The notes: generated by a model from the sequence alone, not told the origin. A stretch of 59,515 nucleotides of DNA from Octopus bimaculoides (GCF_001194135.2 NC_069001.1:28393446-28452960); one strand, 5' to 3'. Shown: positions 38,184 through 51,274, counted from the stretch's first letter. Numbers and translations: made by a program.

Positions 38184-38420
38184 TGATTAGATTTTGGGAT
38201 CTATCCGGTACCAGACAATGATTCTGGATTATTTTTCGGTTTTTTTTTGGTTTTTTTTTAATTTTTGAGAGCGGTCGGGTTCATTTTTACTATTCTTGTT
38301 TGTGATAGCAGTGGACTTTATTTCAGATATTCTCATTTAAAAAATCATCTCTGGCCAATCTTTGAGAGAAAGTTGGCGTTGCCTTGGCGGAGGTTTGCGC
38401 TCTCTGAGAACTCTTGTCAT
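38184..38420 (+). mobile_element. Probable Helentron-associated (HINE-like) element 3' half
   Basis: CCTTGGCGGAGG subterminal motif (38382-38393) overlapping hairpin CGGAG...CTCTG (38388-38406), plus a gattagattttggg...ccgg...ctggatt interior recalled from such elements. The 5' inverted copy is absent. Confidence 0.4.
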
Positions 38421-38442
38421 TATCGTTATTATTAGTATCATT

Positions 38443-38875
38443 AAGTCGATGAGCTGGCGGAATCGCTAAACCGCGAGAGAAAATACTAACGCTTTTCGAT
38501 TGTCTCTACGTTCTGGGTTTAAGGTCGAATTTTTATTTCACCGCTCTAGTGATGATAAAATGAGTACCAGTCAAGCAAATGTGTTGATATAATCGACTTC
38601 AGTTTCCCTTCAAATTCTGCTGGGTCTTTGCCAAACTTTGTTATTTTGATTGGGAGATGATAAGATAGAAAAATCGATGCTGCTTCGGACAAAATGTTTA
38701 ACGGAAATTTGTCATTCTTTAAGTTCTAAATTCAAACTTCATCGAAGTAGACTTTGCTTTTTTTTTTTTTCCTTTCGGGGTCGACAAATTAAGTACTATT
38801 GAAACTTTGGGGTCGATGTAATCGACTACTACCCTGCCCACAAATATGAGGCTTTGTGTCTCCAGTAGTAAGGAT
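38443..38875 (+). mobile_element. Two head-to-tail SINE-B copies
   Basis: gatgagctggcggaatcg head; second copy with ctttcggggtcgacaaattaagtac...ggggtcgatgtaatcgact; (ATT)n tail. Confidence 0.75.
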
Positions 38876-39564
38876 TATTATTATTATTATTGTTGTTGTT
38901 GTTGAGGAGACGACAATGAAATCACCAAGTGGTTCCTTCATTGCTATTTCACACTGTATCTTTTTATGAAAGTCTATCTACGCACACCAATGACAGAACT
39001 TCGCTATAAATCTTCATAAACAAATTTCTTTGACATCGACCTGAATGTATTTAATAACCTGAATATATTTGATAACATAGAGCCTTTGATGAAATGTCTC
39101 CTTGATCAAGTCTGTATAATTAGTAATAAAATATAGAATGAACATACGTTATATATTTAATAATTGCAACCTGTGACATACAAAAATCCAGGATGCTGAA
39201 AACCGGCAAGTCTTTGATCACCAGCTTCTTTAATGAGAGCTTATCCGGGATAAAATATAATCACACGATACAATATTTACTTCATTCAGACATTGACTTA
39301 TTGGTGAAAAATGGTTAGTTTATAGGTGATCAACTGCTTTTAAAAATCATCAACTTCACATCCTAACGTATAATGTAGTTAAATTACTACTTTTTTCTGA
39401 TCTTTACTGTCCACAGCTTCCTGCTGTTCTTCTTAGAGTTTTTGTTGTCAAGCAAGTAATAGGAATTAACTTCCTCTCCAAATGTGGCTACTCTGTCTTT
39501 ATTTAGATATTTGTTACAATACTATAGAGCGCGTCTTGTCTTTTCTTAAAGCTAGAAGTCTTAC

Positions 39565-39619
39565 TTAGATTTCATAGCTGGTTTGGCTACCACTTTCCAT
39601 TGCAATTTATTCTGTTTGA
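39565..39619 (-). CDS. Candidate 55-nt exon (unverified)
   Basis: Minus-strand acceptor ttgcttgccgttgctttttcag, donor GTAAGA, one open frame KQNKLQWKVVAKPAMKS. No homology recognised. Confidence 0.15.
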
Positions 39620-40095
39620 CTGAAAAAGCAACGGCAAGCAAATATATTATTAATTCACATCCATAACTCCAAATATACANNNNNNNNNNNNNNNNNNNNN
39701 NNNNNNNNNNNNNNNNNNNNNNNNNNNNNNNNNNNNNNNNNNNNNNNNNNNNNNNNNNNNNNNNNNNNNNNNNNNNNNNNNNNNNNNNNNNNNNNNNNNN
39801 NNNNNNNNNNNNNNNNNNNNNNNNNNNNNNNNNNNNNNNNNNNNNNNNNNNNNNNNNNNNNNNNNNNNNNNNNNNNNNNNNNNNNNNNNNNNNNNNNNNN
39901 NNNNNNNNNNNNNNNNNNNNNNNNNNNNNNNNNNNNNNNNNNNNNNNNNNNNNNNNNNNNNNNTACGATAATAAGGAAATCATTTTCTTTAAGAATCAGT
40001 GAGACTAATAAAATTGCAGGCGTCCAAACTATGCATCAATCCTTTTCTGAAGTGTGTGTATGTGTGTCACCAACTGTAAGTGAGTGTGTGTGTAC

Positions 40096-40145
<50 letters not shown>

Positions 40146-40269
40146 TTGTGTGTTTCTCTGTGTGGTTGTTTTTCTTTGTGTTTTTTCTCATTATCTCTCT
40201 GTCTGTGTGCGTGTGTAATATCTCCTACATGATATCTAAACGGATATTACATAGCTATAACTGAGGCGG

Positions 40270-40400
40270 TTAAGTCGGTTCTGATCAATTACTAGTTATT
40301 TTATCGACCTCGAAAGGATAAGAGGAAATGTTGAACTCTGCACTATTTTAAATCAGAACCTAGAAAGCAAGAAAAAAATACCACAAAGTATTTTGTGCGG
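40270..40400 (-). mobile_element. SINE-B, degenerate
   Basis: ttattttatcgacctcgaaaggat...aaatcagaacc core. Confidence 0.55.
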
Positions 40401-41240
40401 AGTGATATTTCTCTTTCAAACATAATCACCACGACTCTTTCACATCACAGCTTATAACTGGAAAAGAGATTTGCCTCAGTTTCACAGAAATGTGCGACCT
40501 TTTCTCCATCTGTAGCGGATGTATCATGGAACACATGATTAATGCATATGCAATTTTTCCACAGAATACATCAGATGTGTTTAACTGTAAAGTAATGTTC
40601 AAAAAGAAATGATGGAGCACATTGTATTAAATATAAGAACAGTAAATAATCTACGTAACCTGCGTCCAAAAGGTTACGTCAAACCAACTCACAAACATTC
40701 GATTGATCCTAGTGTTAACTATAAGACAATTCTATTATCGCATCTCGTCACCTCACATCTTGGCTAGCATGTTGGCCACGCTTTGAAAAAATAAAATGTA
40801 GCGCACTATAACATGTAGTTTCAGATATACAAAGAGTTGAAATGGTGATTGCTAGAAAGTCTTTCATCATAGATATCTATTCGATCAGAAATGATTTGCA
40901 CCAAATCAACATCAACAACAACAGGAATAAGCGTAGCAACAACAACAGCTGCAGATTACTTGTTCTGGCTATTCTAAGTGCAGGAGATATTTCTCATATG
41001 ATAAAAGCAATTAACAGTTGATTAGGTGGTAATTTTCAGGAAAGTTGTAAACATTCTCTTATTGAAGCACTCAAAGCCGAGCGAACTTATAAAAATAAAT
41101 AAACGACATCCAATTCAATCCGTTGCCGTATATTGCCATTGTATAGAAATTCTACAAAATCTACATTGCAGGCAATAGTTCCAATAAGAATGAATCCAAT
41201 ATTCAGCATCCGTTATATACAGTTATGTACATACAAATTC

Positions 41241-41471
41241 TTTTTATTCTTTTACTTGTTTCAGTCATTTGACTGCGGCAATGCTGGAGCACCGATTTTA
41301 GTTGAGCAAATCGAACCTAGGACTTATTCTGTGTAAGCTTAGTATTTATTCTATCCGTCTCTTTTGCCGAATCACTAAGTTACGGGGACATAAACACAGC
41401 AGCATCAGTTGTCATGCGATGTTAGGATGGGAACCCAGACACAAACATATACGCGCACACACATACATACG

Positions 41472-41545
<74 letters not shown>
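41241..41545 (-). mobile_element. SINE-A 3' half, ending in its internal (TA)n
   Basis: High similarity to 6205-6470; intact tail hairpin CAGTC-ATTT-GACTG at 41262-41275. Confidence 0.9.
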
Positions 41546-41551
<6 letters not shown>

Positions 41552-42497
41552 CATACAAACATATACATATGCACGCATGCATATGTACCGATGTGTCATA
41601 TAAGTTAGGGGTTGTCTAAGCTTGAATTTATAATATCAGTATATAACTACCCGTATGCTTCAAACAGCGTGACGTAGGTATTCTTTGTGGCATACCATTT
41701 ACAAAAGATCAAATACGTAAGCGATTGAGAAAAAACGTACATGAGTAGATATAAACGAGTGTCAACCCTCCAGGCGGTACCTTACTACTTTTGGCTGGAA
41801 CCTGTAGAAGTCTATTAAATAGCACAAAGTATACATCAGAGAATACAAGCATAACAGAGATTTACCAACAGTGAAAATGTTATTATTAATCGTCGGTTAC
41901 ACTGGTTAATATAGATTAGTAAGTTTGGCACAATGCCGCCCATTTAGCAAGACGGAATAAACGAGTTAATCGATGCTACTTATTTGTCTACAATGTCTTT
42001 TATAGAGCCGGGATGGCTGGAAGGGAAATTCGAGGCAACCAGTCGTAAATAATTACAGCGTAGCATTTAAATATTCTCTTAACCGAGTCTGCCAATCTGC
42101 CGGTTGCACATTGGTTAATATAAAGAGCAAGCAATTCTGTCTATAACGTTATAAGTATTATTATTTCTGAAAATCTGCTGCTACGAAATGTTTTCGTTGT
42201 AGAAATATAACTAACTTGATAGGTTTATGTACAAATTTATTTCATAAAGTGCTGCAAAGCAAAGATGACTTTATAGTCAAACTGATAGTATTCAGCAGCC
42301 TTTACTATCTATAACTATCGCATAAATATAGTCTTCCTACAGTGAAATGGAATGCAGTATCATGTTTTGCGTTATGGTACATGCATGTGTCATTCCAGAA
42401 CATGAATATGAGTGCGAAGATGAGATTTATTGCATGACGCACAAACAAATGCTGTTTCCCGTGGCGAATATAATTTTAATAGTTCATAATTATACAT

Positions 42498-42534
<37 letters not shown>

Positions 42535-43484
42535 NNNNNNNNNNNNNNNNNNNNNNNNNNNNNNNNNNNNNNNNNNNNNNNNNNNNNNNNNNNNNNNNNN
42601 NNNNNNNNNNNNNNNNNNNNNNNNNNNNNNNNNNNNNNNNNNNNNNNNNNNNNNNNNNNNNNNNNNNNNNNNNNNNNNNNNNNNNNNNNNNNNNNNNNNN
42701 NNNNNNNNNNNNNNNNNNNNNNNNNNNNNNNNNNNNNNNNNNNNNNNNNNNNNNNNNNNNNNNNNNNNNNNNNNNNNNNNNNNNNNNNNNNNNNNNNNNN
42801 NNNNNNNNNNNNNNNNNNNNNNNNNNNNNNNNNNNNNNNTATTTTTTTTCTGTAGTCAAGCATTCAAGTTTTAGAATGAAATAAATTTCTTTCTGTGAAA
42901 GAGCTGCAGTGTAAGCATACATGTAATAACTTTATGCGTGCATAACTGTAGCTTCCAATGATGAGCCAAAAGGCATTTACAGAAAAGTAGCGATACGATG
43001 CCGGTATTGAGATAACCGTCTGCAAGAAGCATGCAAGGCACATCGTTCTTTGCACAAGCATCGGCAATTATGAGAAGGTGCCGCAGTAGACGAGTAAAGT
43101 TTTAGAGAAAGCCGCATCGATGAAAAGCGATGTTGATCCTGAGATTGGATATCAGAAAACCACATAACGAAAAAAGACTAAGAATGTAACCTGTATGAAC
43201 TCTGGAAACTCAGTTCTTATACACACGCTCATGAAAACACACACGCACGCACACAAGCATATGAGCATGTCTTTATGTGCGTATGTATATACGTATATAT
43301 GTACATACACATGCGAAAGTATATGTCTATGTGTGCATGTGTGTACATTCATGCAATGTGGGGTTTTGATTAGAGGAAATACATTTGGTTTGAAATCAGA
43401 ATGTCAAACGCGCTAACCGAACGCAAGTAACACATGTTCACTGGGCGTTATGTCAGATTGGACATCCATATATATGAAAGCAAT

Positions 43485-43515
<31 letters not shown>

Positions 43516-44705
43516 CACACACAGACACACACACACAAAAGTGACGTCATAATCGGTATTTATACTCTAAATGCAACGTTTAAACTTTAATAAACCATTT
43601 ATGAATACAATGAATTGGAATTCAACAGGACGTACAAAGAGATGGCAATACATTTTAGTAATATATTTAAAATTGCAAAAGCATGTTCTGGAAAGGAAAA
43701 AAATTAAAATGGCGCTTCAGACGGATGAATAAAGGTACGACTAAATACATTTATCTATATTTTAATATTACGAACACAACGTTACACAAATTCATAATCA
43801 AGCAGACACATAAAATTACAAGCATATACACAGACAAACACACACACGCAATCATACGAGAACACTTATTAATGTATATGGACATGCATAGACAGAAACT
43901 TGTAGAAATAGAGACATATGGATAAAATCTCATAAACACACACATATGCACACACATATAGCAAGAGGGACAGAGACAGACAGAGAGGAAATGGATGGTG
44001 AGAGAAGCAAATTTAAATGTACATTTGTGAATAAATATATATATGTGTGTGTGGTTGTACCTGTGTTTGTCTGTGTGTTATAAGCATACCCGTACAGGAG
44101 AAATTGATTAATGTGAATACAGAGCTGCGTGTGCCTGCGTATATATAAGCTACATGTAGAGAAATTTATATCCACGCATTAGTAACAACTTACAGTCCTT
44201 TCTACCAAGACCCATTTACAATCATATTCATAAATATATTACATATATATATATGCGTGTGTATGTACACACACAATCACACACATCTATATATGTATTC
44301 GATACGAATAACAGAAATATTTTCCAATTTACCATTAACTGAAATATATCGAAAAAGATTGTAAGATTGAAAGACAGAAATAATGAAAGATTGTAAATAC
44401 GAAAATAGGCACGGAATAAAGAGAAGACAAGGAAAACGAAAACAATAAAACACACATACAAATTTGTACATATATATATATCTATANNNNNNNNNNNNNN
44501 NNNNNNNNNNNNNNNNNNNNNNNNNNNNNNNNNNNNNNNNNNNNNNNNNNNNNNNNNNNNNNNNNNNNNNNNNNNNNNNNNNNNNNNNNNNNNNNNNNNN
44601 NNNNNNNNNNNNNNNNNNNNNNNNNNNNNNNNNNNNNNNNNNNNNNNNNNNNNNNNNNNNNNNNNNNNNNNNNNNNNNNNNNNNNNNNNNNNNNNNNNNN
44701 NNNNN

Positions 44706-44749
<44 letters not shown>

Positions 44750-45116
44750 GTATGTAGGTACGGATGTGTGAGTGAAGTGCTAGTGTGCTTTTCTAACTAT
44801 GTTTCCCTAAATTTTCGAGAATTATTAATCTATACGTTCCGAATCGCTTGCAGTGAACATCACGCTGTTACGCTATTGAACTGCGGCTAATATGCGTACT
44901 TATGAGTATGAATGTATGTAAGTAATATGCATAATTTTATGGAAGCGTGCAAACCTGTGTTGGAGTATATATGTACTATACAGATATGTGTGTGTGTGTG
45001 TGTGTAATCCATCAAACATCTAAGGAAAGCAGACATTGCAAAAGAACTTACAATCACACGCTATGCAAGCACTTGCACACGAACATAAAGTAACCGAACA
45101 GAAACCTGTCTGCGTG

Positions 45117-45365
45117 GTAGGCTTGGCTGTATGGTAAGAAGCTTGTTTCCCAACCATATAGATCCGGGTTCAATCTCACTGTGTGGCATCTTGGTCTAGT
45201 GCCTTCTACTATAGCCTCAGGCCGCTCAAAGCCTTGCGAGTGGATTTGTTGGACGGAAACTGAGAGAAGACTGCCGTATATATATATTTGTTGATTATAT
45301 CTATGTGTCTGTGTGTCTATTACCCCCACTTGATAGCAGATCTTGGTGTCTTGTCGTCCCTGTAT
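45117..45365 (+). mobile_element. SINE-A, 3'-truncated
   Basis: tggctgtatggtaag head, gggttcaatctc B box, gagtggatttg...ggaaactga, short microsatellite, then the start of the 3' half. Confidence 0.8.
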
Positions 45366-45763
45366 GCATGCGTATTATGTGTGTTTCTATGGATTTATAT
45401 ATTTATATATGTGCATATCTTTGATTATTTCGTTTAAAAGTGATTCGTCCCGTTATGTTACATTTTCAAATTTTGACTATGTATAATTTATCCAACTTGA
45501 CTTCTGTCTTTACAAATTTTACATCAATCTCCCTCTACCTTTACATTATAATCATTATTATTATTATTCAATTCATGTATATTTGGCCTTTCACGTTTTA
45601 AAATGAAAGCAATAAACCATATGTGGCATACCTAAAATACCTGAAATTTATTATTGTTCGGCAGGCAGTATTTTGTATGACGTTAATATCATTCTGAAAC
45701 GTAATATCAACGTGGGACTTGTAATATGTCTGCTTGCGTGCGGTGACTTTAAACTTTCTATCG

Positions 45764-45811
45764 CTAATCTATAAGGAATCAATTTTACTAATCTATAAGG
45801 AATCAATTTTA
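45764..45811. repeat. Perfect 24-bp tandem duplication
   Basis: CTAATCTATAAGGAATCAATTTTA twice. Confidence 0.95.
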
Positions 45812-47296
45812 TTATTTAATTATCGTTTGCAGCAATAAACTGTTGCCTTACTGAGGTACCGCCATTAGTGTTAAAGCGTATTTGGAATCTTTTGCCGTTC
45901 CTGTCTTCGGAATACAGCAGCAATTCTTAGCATTTCTTACCGTTTCACTGCATCTGCTTTGCGTCTTTAAATTTCGTCTATTAATGCCATGGGTATGATT
46001 CGAGTTGAGCTGTTAAATATGGGGCTTTGTTGCGATTAAAATTGAGAGCAGTAATTCAAGTGACTTAGATGGAAAATTTCTCATAGAAGCAACATGGTTT
46101 CGCTTTACCGTGTTCTGAAGTATCACGTTATGTAACTAGCCAATCACCACATTCATGTCCTTGTCACGCAGTAAATCTCAATCACGGGCTGCAATACGCT
46201 CTGGATTCTGATTACAAGCCGTCTCTTGGTACATATCGGTGTGTCTGTAACTGATCGGCATTCCACTGTATTCTCTTCATTAATCCCACTTTTATATCGC
46301 ATTCAAATATTTCTTTAATTAGATGTCTTTCCAGTTTTCTGGACTGTCTCCGGTACTTTTGTGCCAGCACAGTTGTTTACAGTGGCCGACTGTATGGCCG
46401 AACGCATATCTAAGGAAGTTACGTGAACAGAAGAGGATCCAAAGCATTTAACTGAGGAACTAAGTTAACTACGGGTAGTCTCGGTATGGATGGCTGTCTT
46501 CGTAGTGAGATGTCGATTAGCTGTCAGTGTCTGACTCCTATATCTTACAAAGTCATGTGGCCGCTCCTCTTCTGTACAAAGGATAACAAGGTCAGGCAGT
46601 TTGAGATATATCATGCTTTGATCAAGATACATCACACCCAGATTTGTAAACACACACACACACACGCATGCACACACACACATACACACTAGTCAATTTC
46701 TGCCACGACGTTTCCAACTAATCCCCTACCTCCGAACAAATTGGAAACGTTGGGACTCCTGTCGCAATAATAATAACGATGATAATAATAATAATAATAA
46801 CAACAACAACAACAATAATAATAATCGCTTCTACTAGACAATAATAATAGTAGTAAATATATTATTGCTGTTACTGTTGTCGCTATTATTATTATTATTA
46901 TTATTATTCTTATTATTATTATTATTTCCACTATTATTATTATTATTATTGTTGTTATGTTTATATACGATATTCAATACACGACTCCTTTTATATTTAC
47001 TTAGATTTGAGAATGCTTGACATTTATAGAAATACTCAGCATAGTGTGTTGAATGGATGTAAATGTTTGCGTGATCCACATGGCAAGAATGGAAAGCGAA
47101 ATCGATCATTGAACACGTTTGAACTCGAAACTTAATTAGTTGAAGTTAAATAATCTATTACATCACAGGAATGCTTCCAGCAAAATAATCCGTTCGGTAT
47201 TTGGTTAAATATCAACGACGACTCCTCCTTCTTCTTCTTCTTCTTCTTAATTTTTTTGCTTTTCTTCTTTTTCTTCGTATTATTATTATTATTATA

Positions 47297-47465
47297 AAGG
47301 CAGCGCACTGGCGGAATAGTTAGCACACCGGGTGATATACACCGTAGTGGTATATCGTCTGCCGATACGCTTCTGAGTTCGAATTCCGCCGAGGTAGAAT
47401 TTGCCTTTCATCCTTTCGGAGTCGATAAATTAAGTACCAGTGAAACATTGGTGTCGATGTGATGG
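47297..47465 (+). mobile_element. SINE-B lacking its 3' tail
   Basis: Preceded by (ATT)n; gagttcgaattccgcc B box and cctttcatcctttcggagtcgataaattaagtaccag core; similarity stops near 47465. Confidence 0.85.
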
Positions 47466-47499
47466 CTGTGCTTGTGGTGATCTTTGAAAATATCCTTAT

Positions 47500-48030
47500 T
47501 ATTGAGTGAGAGAGCAGTGCATGCTATGAAAGTGACACTGGGGTACAATAATACGAAGCCCAGTATACCCATCATGAATACAAACCTGATAAGAGTACAC
47601 CAGGCATATGCATCACACCCACATGTGTGCGACATGGTGATCTTATATCGAGATAAACTGCACGTTACCTTGCAGGTGGGGCCCAGTTAGAATTTTTTTC
47701 AGGTCGAGTAGCCCATCCTGCTAAAAAGTTCCATGAATAAGGGTTGTTTAAGGCTGTTAGGCAAAACATCCAAGTTTCCAGAAGTGATTTAGCCAAACCC
47801 TAAAGAATTCCTGTTAACGCATGACTATGATGCTTCTCCGCTACTCTGTTCTTGATCAGAGATGCACATATCGTCATCCAGCAAAGGACATGCACAACTG
47901 GTTAAGGTCAAACAACTGACAAGCAAATATGTGGTATTGAGCAGAATGAATATCTGCTGTAGCCCATCTTCTACACCAAGACAGAACAGTGTACATGAGA
48001 AAGCTTCCAATCAGTTAAGATGAGAAGCCA
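47500..48030. other. Probable interspersed repeat of unresolved class
   Basis: GC-richer block starting gagtgagagagcagtgcatgc after a short ATT run. It resembles octopus repeat sequence from memory; no second copy in the window. Confidence 0.3.
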
Positions 48031-49212
48031 TGAGAGCCCAAAATTTCAGCAGAAGATACTTGCTCGCCGGAGTACCACACAGTGGAAGTGAACCCGAAAT
48101 CACATAGTCGGTAAGCAAACTTCTTGACCCATCACCACGCCGGTGTGTATGAAATGAAAACTTTTCATCTGCAGATTGAGGCCGCATTGTACTGTGAGCT
48201 TTCAAGACGTTTATCTTTCTTCTGTATTAATATTCCCTACCACATGGCCATCACTCATAATAGCGCCAATCAATCACCAAAGCTTCATTACCCACACCCA
48301 TATGGTAATGTGCGCTGACAATGAATGCACATTTTCTGTGACAGCGAGTACAAAAATCATTGTAGCTACATCAATAAAAGATAATAATTGAAAACAAACA
48401 TCAAAAGTAATGCAAAGTACACAATCAAGCAATAGGAAAAAAAAATGAACAGCTGTAACTATGAACAAGTGCCGTTCTCTGTAGGAGTGTTTGCGACTAC
48501 TGTACACATTTGCTGCATTTTGTTTCAATATTAGAAATAATATTGTATTTGTTTTTTGATTGATTGTTTTTTTATTCTATTTATTTTTTTTGTTTTGTCT
48601 GCTGTTGTAGTTTTGATTAGTTATAGAGTTCTAAATAATCGATGGAAATCAATCAATGAAATTTATCGAAAGATAATTTTGATGATTGTAAATTGAGTTC
48701 TAGAAACTGCTTTCACGTGAACAGACATAAATTAATTGACTATAAAATCATTGTCAGATATTATACCACGTCAGATATTAACACTAAGACACATATACAG
48801 ACAAACATCGAGCACGAAGATGCGTGTGAATATAGCCATGGTGACTGAGAAAGTTATGTAATTCGTCAACATGCACTCACTCGCAACCACGCGCACATTA
48901 CACATGATCATCTGCATTAGAACCCGACAGTTATTCTATCTAAGTTTCGGTTTTTTCTTCTTGTTAATCCCCTAAATCTCCCACTGTGGCGTATTTACAG
49001 GGATTTCTGCACAGTCTCTGTGCTACTTGGTAATATATATGCAGATCAATAATGCGATGGAAAGAACATAAGCGTGAAAGTGGTACTCTTTTATGTCATT
49101 TGTTGCAGTATTCACACATCGATGCAATTCAAGAATGCCTCTCATTAATCCACATGATTAAACAAACTCCTCGTCAGCCGGAGCAGTAGGAAATGCATTT
49201 CAAGCATGCTGT

Positions 49213-49526
49213 CGTTGTTGTTGTTGGCACTCCGTCGATTACGACGACGAGGGTTCCAGTTGATCCGTTCAATGGAACAGCCTGCTCGTGGAATTCACGT
49301 GCAAGTGGCTGAGCACTCCACAGACACGTGTACCCTTAACGTAGTTCTCGGGGATATTCAGCGTGACACAGTATGACAAGGCTGACCCTTTGAATTACAG
49401 GCACAACAAAAACAGCTTTAGGTGTTTGCGCTCAATAAACACTCACAACGCCCGGTCTGGGAATCAAGACCGCGATCCTATGACCGCGAGTCCGCTGCCC
49501 TAACCACTGGGCCATTGCGCCTCCAT
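49213..49526 (-). mobile_element. SINE-C with internal deletion
   Basis: Homologous to 22853-23234; (CAA)n tail at 49213-49225; lacks the segment between aaacag and ctttagg. Confidence 0.92.
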
Positions 49527-49670
49527 ACATATATGCATACATACATACGTACGCAAAAAAACATACAGATATATATAGGTAAATATAGACAAATAGTTAG
49601 GCACATATATATAGGCAGATAGGTACATACATATACACATACATAAATAGAGATAAAGATACATACAATG

Positions 49671-50045
49671 TGTTGCTGGCACTCCGTCGCTTACGGCATT
49701 GAGGGTTCCAGTTGGTCCGATCAACGGAACAGCCTGCTTGTGAAATTAACGTGCAAGTGGCTGAGCACTCCACAGACACGTGTACCCTTAACGTAGTTCT
49801 CGGGGATATTCAGCGTGACACAGTGTGACAAGGCTGGACCTTTGAGTTACAGGTACAACAGAAACAGGAAGAAAGAGTGAGAGAAAGTTGTGGCGAAAGA
49901 GTTCGCCACCATCCCCTGCCGGAGCCTCGTAGAGTTTTAGGTGTTTTCGCTCAATAAAAACTCACAACGCCCGGTCTGGGAATCGAAACCGCGATCCTAT
50001 GACCACGAGCCCACTGCCCTAACCACTGGGCCATTGCGCCTCCAC
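49671..50045 (-). mobile_element. SINE-C, near full length
   Basis: Homologous to 22853-23234; its 5' end gtggaggcgc coincides with that copy. Confidence 0.92.
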
Positions 50046-50527
50046 CAAGCATGCTGTAACCAAGTATAAATACTTGTGATGTAAAGACATATTTTATTTA
50101 GCTTTATATCTATTTGTATTAAACACTTCATTAGTCCTTGCCTGTACCCGAGTTCATAGAATCAGAAATTTGCATTCGAACAAATCTGACTATATATTCA
50201 CCGTATATCATATACTGGTCGTATAATAAAACATTTCCACGGAAACTTATCGGTTCATCGTATAACAGTTGATTCTTTGTTCTGCACAGGTTACATATAT
50301 CAGACAAATTTCACCTGAATCATATGATATCTACTAATCATGTATTTCTGATATCGAAACTTGTCAACCTAGAATTAAAAATACAAATGTAGTGTATCAT
50401 TGATGAAGTGCTTCATCAGTTCTTAGTCTGTTTATCATTGAGACATTATTGTGACACCTTTAGAAAATTAAACATTAAAATATACAGAGTAGCTGCAAGC
50501 CATATATCTATAATCTATACGCATCAA

Positions 50528-50706
50528 GTTAGCACGCAGGGCGAAATGCTTAGCGGTATTTCTTCTGAGTTCAAATTCCACCGGGGTCGACTTTGCCTTT
50601 CATCCTTTTACGGTCGCTAAATTAAGTACCAGTTGCGTACTGTGGTCGATCTAATCGACTAGCCCATTCCCCCAAAATTTCGGGCCTTGTACCTTGAGTA
50701 GAAAAG
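50528..50706 (+). mobile_element. SINE-B, low divergence, 5'-clipped
   Basis: gttagcacgcagggcgaaatgcttagcggtattt...gagttcaaattcc...ggtcgactttgcctttcatcc...ccccaaaatttcgggccttgt. Confidence 0.9.
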
Positions 50707-50730
50707 TATATATATGGGTGTGACCGTGTG

Positions 50731-50774
<44 letters not shown>

Positions 50775-50920
50775 TATGTATGTGTGTGTGTATACGTATA
50801 TCTGCGTAAATATACATTTATAAACACACGCACATACACAAACATGTATACAGGCATACATATGCAGAAATAAGCCTTCATGGTGGCACCTCAGCTGCGA
50901 TGTTTTGCAATATATCTGGT

Positions 50921-50955
<35 letters not shown>

Positions 50956-51274
50956 GTTTATATATATATATATATATATATAAACGGGGGAAAAACAGAG
51001 AGAGAGAGAGAAAGAGAGAGAACCAGATATATNNNNNNNNNNNNNNNNNNNNNNNNNNNNNNNNNNNNNNNNNNNNNNNNNNNNNNNNNNNNNNNNNNNN
51101 NNNNNNNNNNNNNNNNNNNNNNNNNNNNNNNNNNNNNNNNNNNNNNNNNNNNNNNNNNNNNNNNNNNNNNNNNNNNNNNNNNNNNNNNNNNNNNNNNNNN
51201 NNNNNNNNNNNNNNNNNNNNNNNNNNNNNNNNNNNNNNNNNNNNNNNNNNNNNNNNNNNNNNNNNNNNNNNNNN

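Noticed and set aside
45924-46580. Several minus-strand AG/GT-bounded mini-exons (for example EEERPHDF and a 69-nt open exon)
   Set aside because: Comparable candidates occur on both strands throughout the window, and no coherent or recognisable protein results.
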